A stretch of DNA of 64,000 nt from an uncultured virus (IMG/VR IMGVR_UViG_3300025723_000019) (lineage: Duplodnaviria > Heunggongvirae > Uroviricota > Caudoviricetes). Position 1 is the first letter of the stretch; every line of letters begins with the position of its first letter. The DNA lies in the IMG/VR virus record IMGVR_UViG_3300025723_000019, positions 1 to 64,000 of that record. One strand, given 5' to 3'. This document shows positions 9,082 to 18,518 of the stretch, piece after piece. The translations under genes were made by a program, and so were the position numbers. The notes under the pieces were generated by a model. The model saw nothing but the letters and a program-made list of their open reading frames with translations, was not told the origin of the DNA and did no database searches.

Positions 9082-9612
9082 TTAGTTAGTGTCAAGATGG
9101 GTTTCTTCGATGATGGTGAACCAATTGTTGGGAAGTTCGACGTGGGGAGCCATATCCTGCCAGTCGCCCCGGTCTTTTCTGCCTGCCCAAATAACCGTAG
9201 GTTGCAGGTCGCTCGTGACTTCCAAAGCGATGGTGACGATGTTGTTGCCCTTTGGATAGGACTGCACGACGTACACCGGCTTGCCCGATTCTTCGCTGAA
9301 CTTCTTACAGGTCAGCCACTTCGACAGTGGGAAAATCCACGGGTCGTAGAACGCCTTACGCTCCTTCACTTCCATCCACGCTTCGATGGTGCGATGGTCT
9401 TTGACGATGACGAAATCAAGTTCGTAGTAGATGGGCAACTTCTCCAGTGAAATCTCACGCCATCCCATCTTGCTCCAGCCGACGTATCGGTTCAGGGCGC
9501 GGGCGAGGTTCTTTTCACCTTCCAAATCTTGTGCTGCTGCGATGGTGTCGTTTCGCTTCGTCACTTCAACTTCTTCAGTAGCCGAGCAAATCGCCAGATT
9601 GCCAAAAACCAA
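9082..9612 (-). CDS. PD-(D/E)xK nuclease-like protein (start uncertain)
   Basis: YELDFVIV...WMEVKER motif. Confidence 0.55.
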   Translation of the reverse strand: MVFGNLAICSATEEVEVTKRNDTIAAAQDLEGEKNLARALNRYVGWSKMGWREISLEKLPIYYELDFVIVKDHRTIEAWMEVKERKAFYDPWIFPLSKWLTCKKFSEESGKPVYVVQSYPKGNNIVTIALEVTSDLQPTVIWAGRKDRGDWQDMAPHVELPNNWFTIIEETHLDTN

Positions 9613-9613
9613 A

Positions 9614-9847
9614 TCATCGTTTCCACCTCTCCATCTCTAGGTCGTTGCTCTCTTGTTGTTGCGCCATAGCGTTGCCAAGGGCTTCCAAACAGTCCCACCA
9701 GCCTTCGCAGTAGCCCTTATAGTGGTCGCTCGGCGGTTCCCCGATGGTGCTTGGTGATTCAGGCTTGTTGGCGAGGACACGCTCGTAGATGAGGTCTAGG
9801 AGCAACTTCTCGTGCCGGTTGATGTTGGCGATGATTTCTCGGCTCAT
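9614..9847 (-). CDS. hypothetical protein
   Basis: ATGA-coupled ORF. Confidence 0.55.
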   Translation of the reverse strand: MSREIIANINRHEKLLLDLIYERVLANKPESPSTIGEPPSDHYKGYCEGWWDCLEALGNAMAQQQESNDLEMERWKR

Positions 9848-10212
9848 AGGTTTCCACCTTCGTTGGACAAAGTTGTGCCTATAGGGGTAAGTTTCTTCCT
9901 GCACAGTGGGCAGTAAATAAAGTCAATCCAACGAAAGTCGGAGTTGCCTTCGCTCGGCGGGATTTCAGTGCCGAAGATGTGCTTGCACGGTGGTGGCGTG
10001 GCAATCAACTCTGCTTCCACCCAAGCGTCATCACGGCCTTTGCTGTCTACAACCGTGTACACGATGTCCACTTGGGTCACGGTGAGGTCGCCCCACTCAG
10101 GGTTCCCGACAATCCGCACACTGTCGCCTACCTTGAACTTCGGCGGCTGGAATGTATGGCTGGCAATAGTATGCGACGGCATAAGTTCCTCAGTTGGCTC
10201 GATGTTGTTCAT
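9844..10212 (-). CDS. SH3/KOW-like plus Zn-ribbon protein
   Basis: PKFKVGDSVRI; CKH...YCPLC. Confidence 0.55.
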   Translation of the reverse strand: MNNIEPTEELMPSHTIASHTFQPPKFKVGDSVRIVGNPEWGDLTVTQVDIVYTVVDSKGRDDAWVEAELIATPPPCKHIFGTEIPPSEGNSDFRWIDFIYCPLCRKKLTPIGTTLSNEGGNL

Positions 10213-10499
10213 AGTTTCTCTCCACACTTAGGGCAGTAGCGATAGCCCATATCAGCGTAGATATCGTCAGAATAGACATTGCTGGTCCAGTCGGCGTGGT
10301 CGCATACTTCACGAATGACGGATACTTCGCTGTCGTGGTGAACTTCTGCCTGCCAAGCGTCAAGCACCTTGATGACATCACAAGGCCACTCATCGGTGCA
10401 ACAGTGGGCGCAGGTTGCGACTTCTTGCCCAGTGATTCTGTCCTCGTATGGTTCCAAAGTGTGCTTCTTTCGCACTTCATCTCGCTCTTGCTGGTTCAT
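10209..10499 (-). CDS. Cys-rich Zn-ribbon protein
   Basis: WPCDVIKVLDA, CDH, YCPKCGEKL; paralog of 10575-10805. Confidence 0.65.
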   Translation of the reverse strand: MNQQERDEVRKKHTLEPYEDRITGQEVATCAHCCTDEWPCDVIKVLDAWQAEVHHDSEVSVIREVCDHADWTSNVYSDDIYADMGYRYCPKCGEKL

Positions 10500-10805
10500 A
10501 GTTTCTCTCCGCACTTAGGGCAGTTAGGTTCACGCCCGGAGCGAGCCCGGAGCGGGTTGGATGCGGGCATAGACCTAACCAAGGAGTTGTTCATTATGGT
10601 CACATACTTCACGAGTAGCGGATACTTCGCTGTCGTCGTGAACTTCGGACGAAGTCGCGTCTGTAGGCGTGACTTCCTCCAACGCATCAAGCACCTTGAT
10701 TGTGTCACAAGGCCAACCGTGCATACAGGAACGACACCACGGGCCAACCTTGCTTTCAAGGCAACGGTGTTTCTCTCGCAGGGCATCTCGTTCTTGCTGG
10801 TTCAT
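10496..10805 (-). pseudogene. paralog of 10209-10499, truncated or frameshifted
   Basis: same N-terminus MNQQERD and WPCDTIKVLDA; stops at 10575 while CPKCGEKL ends at 10496 in another frame. Confidence 0.45.
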
Positions 10806-10929
10806 AGCCTGCCTCCGAACAGTTGGCGCACCCGGCGTTCTGCTTCGGCCATAAGTGGGTCAAACTTCGGTGGTTGGGGGATTGGTTCGCCGGTGTTCTT
10901 GCCCCGGCTGAACAGGTTTTGAAGCCACT

Positions 10930-11118
10930 TCATCGTTCACCTGCCAATTCAGTATCGTTTCCATTACGGTTTTGCCGTCGCTGTTCGATGGCGCGCTCAA
11001 TGCTGCTTGTGAATTCGGGGTCGCCGTTAATGCTGATGGTGCCACCCAACTTGTACCATCTTGCGAACAAGTCGGCCTGAGTGTCGTTGGCAAAAATTTG
11101 GGATTGGTTGTCGCTCAC
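10930..11118 (-). CDS. hypothetical protein
   Basis: GTGA-coupled ORF. Confidence 0.5.
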   Translation of the reverse strand: MSDNQSQIFANDTQADLFARWYKLGGTISINGDPEFTSSIERAIEQRRQNRNGNDTELAGER

Positions 11119-11414
11119 AGTTTCTCCCCACAGTCTGGGCAATAGGTGTAGTAGACATAATCGTCAAAGTTGTTTGGCGTGTAGCCCTTCTTGTGCCGAC
11201 ACTTTCTTTCCACCAGCGTCAGTTCATCTTGGGGCGTGGCGAGTGAATACGGCAGTGGTTTGGTCAAGGGGCGAAGCCGTTAGGCAACTACCACTTCCAT
11301 CACCTCATAGTCCTCATTGGAGAGGTTGCGGACAATATCGCCCACTTCATACTTGTTCGTTAGTATCATTGCGCTCCTTCCTAACGGCAAGTATACATAA
11401 GTGGTGGAGTGGGG

Positions 11415-11561
11415 TCAAGTCAGTGGTTGGTCACCCAGTCTGTCGAACAGGTTCTTGACGGCTCGCTCGCAGAACTCCTGCACCGTTTCACCATTTAGTG
11501 CTGCTGCCTTTTCGATACGGGCGTATTCCTCGTCGGTGAACTCAACCTCAATGTCTGCCAT
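11415..11561 (-). CDS. ribbon-helix-helix-like protein
   Basis: VEFTDEEYARIEKAAALNGETVQEFCERAV. Confidence 0.55.
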   Translation of the reverse strand: MADIEVEFTDEEYARIEKAAALNGETVQEFCERAVKNLFDRLGDQPLT

Positions 11562-12053
11562 CAGAATCTGCCTGCTGGTGAATCCGGGTGGCCAAGGATT
11601 TCCGGCTCCATCGCCGTGCAGCGACAGCCATCCTTCATACAGCGACCCCAACCGTCTTGGTCGTGGTCGTCTAGTCCGTGGTAGCAAGTGCAGCGTTCGT
11701 GGTCTGAGGGGATGGGGGTTGCCATTAGAACTCCTTTTCAGGTCGGCCTTGCTCAAAGACCAACGAATGATGCCCGAGGTCGAGGTAGAAACCCCACTTG
11801 CCGTCGAACTTTTGGATGTTCAGCCCGAACATTGGGTTGTAGTTGCGGAGTGTGTAAACCTTCATTGGTTTCCTGTCTGCTCTGGCTCGGTCAATGGTGA
11901 GCCGAGAAGATAGTGAGAGATTTCAGCATCGGTGTACGGTGGCTTGGTAGCGCACCAACACGGCTTGTGCGTGTGGTAGCGACCTGCTCGGACAATGACG
12001 GTTGTGTGGGCGCAGTGCATTTCACCTCCAAAGCGGTTGGAGTACACAACCTA

Positions 12054-12239
12054 CTACTGGTTTAGGGAATTTAACAAACGGCGTAGAGCCTTGACCTCAA
12101 ACTTGACCATTGCCTTCTGCCTCTTTAGGTAGGCCAACTCAACTTCTTTGTGGCGCAGTTGCTCTCTGATGCGTGTTTCTTCTTCGCTATCCACGGCTTG
12201 CCCCTCCAGTGAAATCGAAATTGGGCGACCCGTGGGCAA
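12054..12239 (-). CDS. coiled-coil hypothetical protein
   Basis: ORF only; start uncertain. Confidence 0.4.
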   Translation of the reverse strand: MPTGRPISISLEGQAVDSEEETRIREQLRHKEVELAYLKRQKAMVKFEVKALRRLLNSLNQ

Positions 12240-12466
12240 AGTATTTCACGCTGGTGATGACGCTAGTTCCCTGTAGTTGATTTAGGATTTTGGTGCAGAA
12301 CTTCTTGGTCTTGCGTGGCAGACGCTTGGTGCCGACGATGGTGTAATGCTTGCCGTTGGGGATAATGGCCCAATTGCCACGGAAGCCCCTCACTGTCGCT
12401 TCATCCAAATGTCGAAGACAGCAATGGCGAGGATTATTCCAGCAAACATCCCAAGAAAGTAGTTGC

Positions 12467-12664
12467 TCATCGGTTTGCCTCGGCTTGGAAGAATTGTGCG
12501 ACTTCCTCTGGGTGCTTGCCTGACCATTCAGGCCGGGTGCTGATATAGCCACACACCCTCAGGAACAACGACTTCCAATACTCGGCTTCGCTGCCGTCAG
12601 ACTTTCTTACCTGTGATTTCCAATACTGCTCAGTGGAGTGGGTTGGCTGGGTCACGGCTTTCAA
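12467..12664 (-). CDS. hypothetical protein
   Basis: coupled to upstream ORF. Confidence 0.5.
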   Translation of the reverse strand: MKAVTQPTHSTEQYWKSQVRKSDGSEAEYWKSLFLRVCGYISTRPEWSGKHPEEVAQFFQAEANR

Positions 12665-12969
12665 CCTAACCGTGTGATTTCTTGGTTGATGTAGAACACG
12701 GCCTTCTTCAAGTCCTCAATGGTCTTTTCACTATTGCCAGCATCCTTCAGTCCGGCTCGCCACAGATACTTGATGGCGTTGCCGACGCAGAAGTTCCGGT
12801 GCTGGGTGATTTGGATGCACTCCACCCCGGATGGGTCGCTCCGGTAGTGAGCAGGCTTGTTTACAGGGTCGTGTTCTTCAAGTGCTGCGGAGCGTACTGT
12901 TTCAGGATTTCCACTGCCCATTTCACCTTGTCCTCCATTTGACTTCCTGCTGGTTGGCTTTTTTTCCAC
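12661..12969 (-). CDS. DUF3310-like protein (start uncertain)
   Basis: DPVNKPAHY, ECI, GNAIKYLWRAGLK, EDLKKAVFY motifs. Confidence 0.8.
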   Translation of the reverse strand: MEKKPTSRKSNGGQGEMGSGNPETVRSAALEEHDPVNKPAHYRSDPSGVECIQITQHRNFCVGNAIKYLWRAGLKDAGNSEKTIEDLKKAVFYINQEITRLG

Positions 12970-13036
12970 CTTTTAGGCTCCATATTCACTCTAATAGTTG
13001 GAATTATAACTACTTCTCCGGGGGAAAGATGTCTTC

Positions 13037-13249
13037 CTAAGTGCATTTTCCATATTGCTGGTGTAGTGCGGTGGGTGGTTGACCATATCTGCTTGCTTGG
13101 GCATTGGATTCCACCTGTTCCCATCTGAGTAGACGCTTTGGGTCGTACTTCTTTGGTGTTTGCACTAATCCGCACTTCGTGCAATTTCGCACGGGGAGTT
13201 CGTTGGTCACAAACTTGTATCTCCACTTGTGGGTTTTGGAACAGGCCAT
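13037..13249 (-). CDS. small Cys/His protein
   Basis: TATAGT -10 six nt before ATG; HKW..CTKC. Confidence 0.5.
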   Translation of the reverse strand: MACSKTHKWRYKFVTNELPVRNCTKCGLVQTPKKYDPKRLLRWEQVESNAQASRYGQPPTALHQQYGKCT

Positions 13250-13266
13250 AACCGCACTATAGGAGT

Positions 13267-13620
13267 TCAGTCATCGGATGTCAAGAACTGCACCGTGGGG
13301 ATTCCAGCATTGGTGGCCTGTCGCTTCATATCTGCTGTTCCTGCCCCACCGTTGAAGATGACGAGCAAGTCAAGGCCGGAGTGAACCATTTCAGTATTGC
13401 GAATTGGGCCAGCCTTACGCCCGTGCGATGACCACTTTGCTGGGTGGGCTTCGGTTTTCACCCCAAGGTACTTGGCGCACTGAGCAGCAATCCTGTCCAC
13501 GCCGTTTCCGTCGCCGTGAACGAGGACATCATCGCTTTTCAGCAACTCACGGAGTACTTGGTCAATGAATTGGTAGTCGTAGTTATCCCGACCACCGGTC
13601 ACGCCTACTCGTCTTGCCAT
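13267..13620 (-). CDS. SLOG superfamily protein (DUF2493-like)
   Basis: VTGGRD, VHGDGNGVD, AGPIRNTEM, GGAGTADM. Confidence 0.85.
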   Translation of the reverse strand: MARRVGVTGGRDNYDYQFIDQVLRELLKSDDVLVHGDGNGVDRIAAQCAKYLGVKTEAHPAKWSSHGRKAGPIRNTEMVHSGLDLLVIFNGGAGTADMKRQATNAGIPTVQFLTSDD

Positions 13621-13856
13621 TATCTCTCGCTGGAACTTGACGAATCGTCTTCGACTGGCGCACTTTCAATGACCCGAACGTCGAACGAGCCAACCCAGCA
13701 CGTCTTCCGGCTGCGCTCCCAGCGAACCTCATACGGGTACGCCGTGACGTAGGTGGAAACGTTGACGATGTGTCCACGGGTTCCTTGGTTAATGAGGTGT
13801 TCTCCCAGTGGCTCCCGGATGTTCTCGTTGGCCTCTACATAGTCACCGATATTCAT
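13620..13856 (-). CDS. SH3-like hypothetical protein
   Basis: GGAGG RBS; IGDYVEA..GTRGHIV..YEVRW. Confidence 0.6.
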   Translation of the reverse strand: MNIGDYVEANENIREPLGEHLINQGTRGHIVNVSTYVTAYPYEVRWERSRKTCWVGSFDVRVIESAPVEDDSSSSSER

Positions 13857-14087
13857 TGGTTTCCTCCATCGTTGGTGATTTCACTACAGGTTTCCTCCCG
13901 CCCATACAGCCAGCGAGTTTGTGCTGACAACAATAAAGCGTGGGGCGTAGGGCGTGGCAGCCCTCAGTATTTGTTGGCAAGTTCCCTCGTCAGTCGCTCG
14001 TTCTCTCGTTCCAAAGCCTCGTTGCGCTGACGCAGGGCGATGTTGTCGCTGACCAGTGCTTCAAGTTGTGCGTCGGTGAAATCGTCT

Positions 14088-14516
14088 TTACTCACGGTTG
14101 CCCTTCAACTGCTCGGTCACGAAGTCGTGCAAGTCGGCTAACACTTCACCAGTTGAGGGGAGTTTGCGACGGTAGCCATCCAGCATCAGTTCCCGGATGC
14201 GCTTTTGGACTGCCTTCAGTCGCTCGTCTTGGTCGTATTCACCACTGAGCAGGCGCATCGTCTCCTTGACGAGGTGCAGGTCTGCGGCAAAATCTTCCGG
14301 CTGCTGGCTCTCGCTGACGATTTCGCTTGATTCCAATGCTGCTCGCAGCACGAATTCTTCGACGCTTTCACCACTAAGTTCGGCTGCCAGTTTGACGGCA
14401 TCTAATTCTTCTGTGGTGAGCAACACGGTCATCTCGGTCTTGGTTGGGTCAACCTGCACGATTTCACTGAGCATCTTGGCTACCGAGAAGTGCCAGTTTT
14501 TGAAGTCCTTAGGCAT
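14088..14516 (-). CDS. hypothetical protein with RHH-like segment
   Basis: AAGGAG RBS; LTTEELDAVKLAAELSGESVEEFVLRAA resembles 11415 ORF. Confidence 0.6.
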   Translation of the reverse strand: MPKDFKNWHFSVAKMLSEIVQVDPTKTEMTVLLTTEELDAVKLAAELSGESVEEFVLRAALESSEIVSESQQPEDFAADLHLVKETMRLLSGEYDQDERLKAVQKRIRELMLDGYRRKLPSTGEVLADLHDFVTEQLKGNRE

Positions 14517-14895
14517 TTTTGTCTCCTTGTAGGTCATCAACGGTGAAACTGATGACGGCGTTGAGTTTTCCTTCTTCCAACTTGTCTTGCACCATTTGCT
14601 TAAACCGGTTGGAGTTGTTGCGATGCGACGCATCTATTTCAGCGTAAGCGTCTAAGTGGACACGCAGGCGTTCGACGCTGCGCTCGGCGTATTCTTCCAG
14701 CGACACTTCGTTCTGCACCATCTGGCGCATTAGTTCTGCTTCTTGGTACGCCAGCGTTTTGCTGATGTGTTCTTTCTCTACCTTGCAGCGAGTTTCCAGC
14801 ATCTGGTCAACTCGTGCCGTGAGGTAGCCAAGGAGTTTGGCTGCTTCCCAAACCTCTTTGAGCAGTGCTTCGCTAGGGATTTCGTATCCATCCAC
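14509..14895 (-). CDS. hypothetical protein
   Basis: ORF after TATGGT -10. Confidence 0.6.
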   Translation of the reverse strand: MDGYEIPSEALLKEVWEAAKLLGYLTARVDQMLETRCKVEKEHISKTLAYQEAELMRQMVQNEVSLEEYAERSVERLRVHLDAYAEIDASHRNNSNRFKQMVQDKLEEGKLNAVISFTVDDLQGDKNA

Positions 14896-14927
14896 GCTTT
14901 ACACCATACTGAAAGGCTAAGCCCCAG

Positions 14928-15146
14928 TCAAGCGTCCTTGCGCCACGCTCGCATATTCTTGTGGTTCAAGGTGGCGTAGACGACGCAGCCGGGCAGGAAG
15001 CCCCATTGCCGAGTGGTGATGGCGTAAGTCACCCAGACGGCGTTGTAGCCCTGATAGACGAGCCAGCCCCACCAGAACTTTCTACCAACGAGATAGGTGC
15101 AAGTCAGGCCGAGTGCGTCTAAGCACCACGACCACCACTGGGTCAT
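14928..15146 (-). CDS. small membrane protein (PnuC/SemiSWEET-like repeat)
   Basis: three hydrophobic segments, GRKFWWGWLV, QWGF. Confidence 0.55.
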   Translation of the reverse strand: MTQWWSWCLDALGLTCTYLVGRKFWWGWLVYQGYNAVWVTYAITTRQWGFLPGCVVYATLNHKNMRAWRKDA

Positions 15147-15622
15147 TACCTATTCGGTAGGTCTGAGTTGCCGTATATTGGAAGTTGAGCCGTAGCCTCA
15201 TCTGCCTTTTGACTTGCTTCCAAAGCGGCATCGCTGGCAGCGTTGGCGGCTTGGCGTTCAGGTGAAACTCCGAGTTCTCGCCCTTGGATGGCAGTGTTGA
15301 TGAGCGACATCGCTTCTTGGTGTGCGCCTGCTGCCTTTATGTGAGCGTTCTTTGCATCGCCTTCTGCAAGAGACTGTCCGGTGATGTTCCTCGCTACTGC
15401 GAGGTGGGCATCCCTAGCCTTGGCGTGGGTGTTGTAAGCCTCGTGCAGGTTGCCAGCGTTTTTCAGCCAACCGTTAGCGTCGGTTGCCAAACTCACTGCG
15501 TTTGCCGAACCGGCTTGATATTGGTTCCCCCGGAAAGGATGACCCTGCGAATCTCCCTTAACTATTTCAGTAGCCACATTCCACGTCGGGGCGAGGTTTT
15601 GGATTGAGAAGGGATTTGTCAA
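15146..15622 (-). CDS. leader-family protein with His/Ala helical cargo
   Basis: NPF..IVKGDSQGHPFRGNQY leader. Confidence 0.75.
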   Translation of the reverse strand: MTNPFSIQNLAPTWNVATEIVKGDSQGHPFRGNQYQAGSANAVSLATDANGWLKNAGNLHEAYNTHAKARDAHLAVARNITGQSLAEGDAKNAHIKAAGAHQEAMSLINTAIQGRELGVSPERQAANAASDAALEASQKADEATAQLPIYGNSDLPNR

Positions 15623-15624
15623 TT

Positions 15625-16602
15625 TTAGAATCCGCCTGCTTCGTCAACAGCAGCGTAATGACTTTCCGCAGCGGCTTGGCTAATGTCGCCTTTAAGGTCG
15701 TTCATTTCGTCGGGCGAGACGGTTCCACCACTTGCCACCCTGTCGGCAAGAGCCGTTGCTTTTTCGGCAACACCACGGTTAGCGTCAACGGCACCTTGAA
15801 CGTAAACTGGCCTGCCGAAATACTCACTGGGGTCGCCTTGGTAAGCCTCGTCGTTGTCTTCGTGGGTGCCAGCAATTTTATTGTGCAGGTCTGCTACGGC
15901 TCGCAAGTGTTCTTCGGTTGGTTGGATTTCACCAGCGTGGTCTTCCGACCACTCGGCTGCTTTGCTGGCTTCGTGATTGTCGCCACTCCAACTTTCCAAG
16001 GCGTGTTCTTTGGCTATGTCGGCAGCAGCCTTGGCGTAATCATCCTTTTTCCCACCCCCGGTGTATTGGTTTCCCAGAAATGGGTGGCCCGGTTGTGCGC
16101 CCGAACCCGGCCCGCCCTTAGAAACGGGGTAGTTCGATGCTGATTTCAGTAGAGCAGCCGTATGAAAATTGTCGCCCTTAGCAACCGGCTTTCCACCAAC
16201 AGTCCAAGTCGTTCCTCCAACGTTGACGGAACTTGCAGGTGTTTGGTTTGGAGAACTTGGCGTTTCTTCTTCAGGCCCTGCGGTGACACCTAAACGTCCA
16301 TTGCTAAGTTCATTCGCAGCCTTGGATGCAGCGATAGCGTCGGCTTCGTTGCCCTTACCGTTTGCAACGTCTTGCCAAGCCCTTGCAGCAGCGTAATGCT
16401 TTTCAGCAATGGAGTAGTTTTCATTCCCGCCCTTATCGGCAGCAAAGTCACCGGTTTGCGTGTGGTCACGAGCAAAATCTGATGCTTCGCCACTCGTGTA
16501 CTGATTCCCGCGAAAAGGGTGTCCTGCTTCATCACCCTTGGACACAGGGTAGTTGCTAACAGATTTCAGCAATTCTTCGGAATGAAAAGGATTGGTAGAC
16601 AC
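15625..16602 (-). CDS. leader-family protein with two leader copies
   Basis: YPVSKGDEAGHPFRGNQY and internal YPVSKGGPGSGAQPGHPFLGNQY. Confidence 0.8.
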   Translation of the reverse strand: MSTNPFHSEELLKSVSNYPVSKGDEAGHPFRGNQYTSGEASDFARDHTQTGDFAADKGGNENYSIAEKHYAAARAWQDVANGKGNEADAIAASKAANELSNGRLGVTAGPEEETPSSPNQTPASSVNVGGTTWTVGGKPVAKGDNFHTAALLKSASNYPVSKGGPGSGAQPGHPFLGNQYTGGGKKDDYAKAAADIAKEHALESWSGDNHEASKAAEWSEDHAGEIQPTEEHLRAVADLHNKIAGTHEDNDEAYQGDPSEYFGRPVYVQGAVDANRGVAEKATALADRVASGGTVSPDEMNDLKGDISQAAAESHYAAVDEAGGF

Positions 16603-16638
16603 AGGGGAACCTCCTGCGGAGATGCTACTACGGGTTGC

Positions 16639-17844
16639 TTAATTTGCCTCTCGTAGCAGTGCTGTTAACGGCAGTCCGAGACGGTGCAGGGCTTCGTCTG
16701 GCACGAGGGTGTCTGATGCCCACGATTGGTAAATGCTCTCCGGGACAGAAAATCCGTAGTCGCCAATCTTGAACTTCGATTTGGATTCCTTTGGGTTGGT
16801 GGAATCCTTGCCTGCACGAAGTTCGGCAACATCTTCTTGGTCGAAGCCGGAACCTTCCAAACTGTCCAACTTCGCCAGCGATTTCACTAGCAGGTCGTTG
16901 TCGTAGGTTGCCTTGTCGGATATTCTGTTGTCAGCCACGACGATTTTGGTTGCTGCAACTTCATTTACGTCCACCCACACCACGGCGATTTCCTTCCAAC
17001 CGAGTGCTGATGCTGCGGCTGCCGTGTGGTTGCCCTTCAGGATTTGGTTGGTGCGCCGGTTCACCACGATGGGCCGGTACTGGCCGAGGACGCGCAAACT
17101 TTCGCTGATGGCCCCGATGTCCCCTTCTCGTGGGTTGCCGGGGAAGCGACGGAGTTCGGACAGTGGCACGAGTTCGGTTTCCACCATCGTGACCTTCTGC
17201 TCATCTTCGACGGCAGAATTCTTCTCTTTCACCACTCGGACTTTTGGAACCTCTGGCAGGTCAAGTCGGTTTTTAAGTTCCCGGTTGATGGATGCTTTCT
17301 TGTCGCCCACCTCATCTTTCACGCTGGCGAGCCAAAGGTCGTGGAGCGTGGGGTCAAGTTGCCCGTAGAAATCACCAAGTTGGATTTTGACTGGTGGGTT
17401 CAGGTTGTCTGTCGGGTCTTCGTCTAGGAGCGTTGGTGAAACACCCCCACCTTCGGAGTTGTGCAGGCCGTCAAGTTCATCCAAATCTGCCAACTCAAAG
17501 CCCGTTCCTTCAAGGTCAGGCAGTGATTTCAGCATATCTAGCAACAAACTATTGTCGTAAGAAGCGATGTCGCTGGTGCGATTGTCGGTGATGAGGATGC
17601 GAAGTGCGTCATCTTCGCTGCCGTCGAAGCGTGTAATGGCGATGGTTTTCCACCCTAACGACTTGGCTGCTTTCCAAGTGTGCGTTCCGGCGATGATGGT
17701 GTCATTCCAAACCACGATTGGTGAATACTGGCCGTTGACCTCCAGTGATTCTGCGATGGCTGCCACATCTCCGAGGCGAGGATTGGCCGGATGAACGCTG
17801 ATGCTGTCAATAGCCACATTTTCGGAACTGACGTTGATGGTCAT
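16639..17844 (-). CDS. protein with two tandem ParB/Sulfiredoxin-like domains
   Basis: HPANPRLGD..GQYSPIVV..IAGTHTWKAA and FPGNPREGD..GQYRPIVV..LKGNHTAAAA; both followed by DNR. Confidence 0.85.
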   Translation of the reverse strand: MTINVSSENVAIDSISVHPANPRLGDVAAIAESLEVNGQYSPIVVWNDTIIAGTHTWKAAKSLGWKTIAITRFDGSEDDALRILITDNRTSDIASYDNSLLLDMLKSLPDLEGTGFELADLDELDGLHNSEGGGVSPTLLDEDPTDNLNPPVKIQLGDFYGQLDPTLHDLWLASVKDEVGDKKASINRELKNRLDLPEVPKVRVVKEKNSAVEDEQKVTMVETELVPLSELRRFPGNPREGDIGAISESLRVLGQYRPIVVNRRTNQILKGNHTAAAASALGWKEIAVVWVDVNEVAATKIVVADNRISDKATYDNDLLVKSLAKLDSLEGSGFDQEDVAELRAGKDSTNPKESKSKFKIGDYGFSVPESIYQSWASDTLVPDEALHRLGLPLTALLREAN

Positions 17845-17891
17845 AGCGTAAGCCTACAAGATTTCACTAAGCCAAGGATAGGATGGGATTT

Positions 17892-18518
17892 ATGGCGAAC
17901 CCGTTCCTCACTTCCGAACTTTTGAAGTGTGCGTCTCGCTACCCAGTGGTGAAGGGCGACCACGAAGGACACCCATTTCACGGCAATCAATGGGTTGAGG
18001 GTTACGGTGGCGTGCTTGACCAAGAAAATGTTGCACGCTTTGGCGCATCGCTCAACCATTTTTACACAAATGGCGGGTCAATCACTGATGCCACACCTAG
18101 CGAAATAGCGCAAGCAACGCAAGAAATCAAAGCCTTTTCGGTTGCTCACGATTATCACGACGGTGCTGGAATGATGCTTGAAGCACTTCAGGTGGGGGGC
18201 GACCACGTTTACATCGCCAGAGATGGTGATGGGAAGCCAGTAGGCGCACTTAGCGCCACTGACGCACAAAAGATTTCTTATTTCCATTTCATTGGCACAA
18301 CAGGTGAAACCCGTGGGGCTGCAACCGCTTTAGCGCACACGGCATTTCAAGTTGCCGCCGAGAAAGGGAACAGCGTTGAACTTGATGCTACTGGCGAAGG
18401 CGCTGACTTCTGGGGTGCGCTTGGGGCGCACGTTGCCGACAACGAACTGACTTACTCGTGGAGTCCTGACGAGGTGAAGAATGTTGTCAAACTTCTAGGC
18501 GAGGCTGCCCGTGCTTGA
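17892..18518 (+). CDS. leader-family protein with GNAT-like domain
   Basis: YPVVKGDHEGHPFHGNQW leader; GKPVGALS..RGAATAL..ADFWGALG. Confidence 0.75.
   Translation: MANPFLTSELLKCASRYPVVKGDHEGHPFHGNQWVEGYGGVLDQENVARFGASLNHFYTNGGSITDATPSEIAQATQEIKAFSVAHDYHDGAGMMLEALQVGGDHVYIARDGDGKPVGALSATDAQKISYFHFIGTTGETRGAATALAHTAFQVAAEKGNSVELDATGEGADFWGALGAHVADNELTYSWSPDEVKNVVKLLGEAARA

Noticed and set aside
10209..10805. DGR template/variable repeat pair
   Set aside because: No reverse transcriptase in the window, and differences between copies are not adenine-specific.
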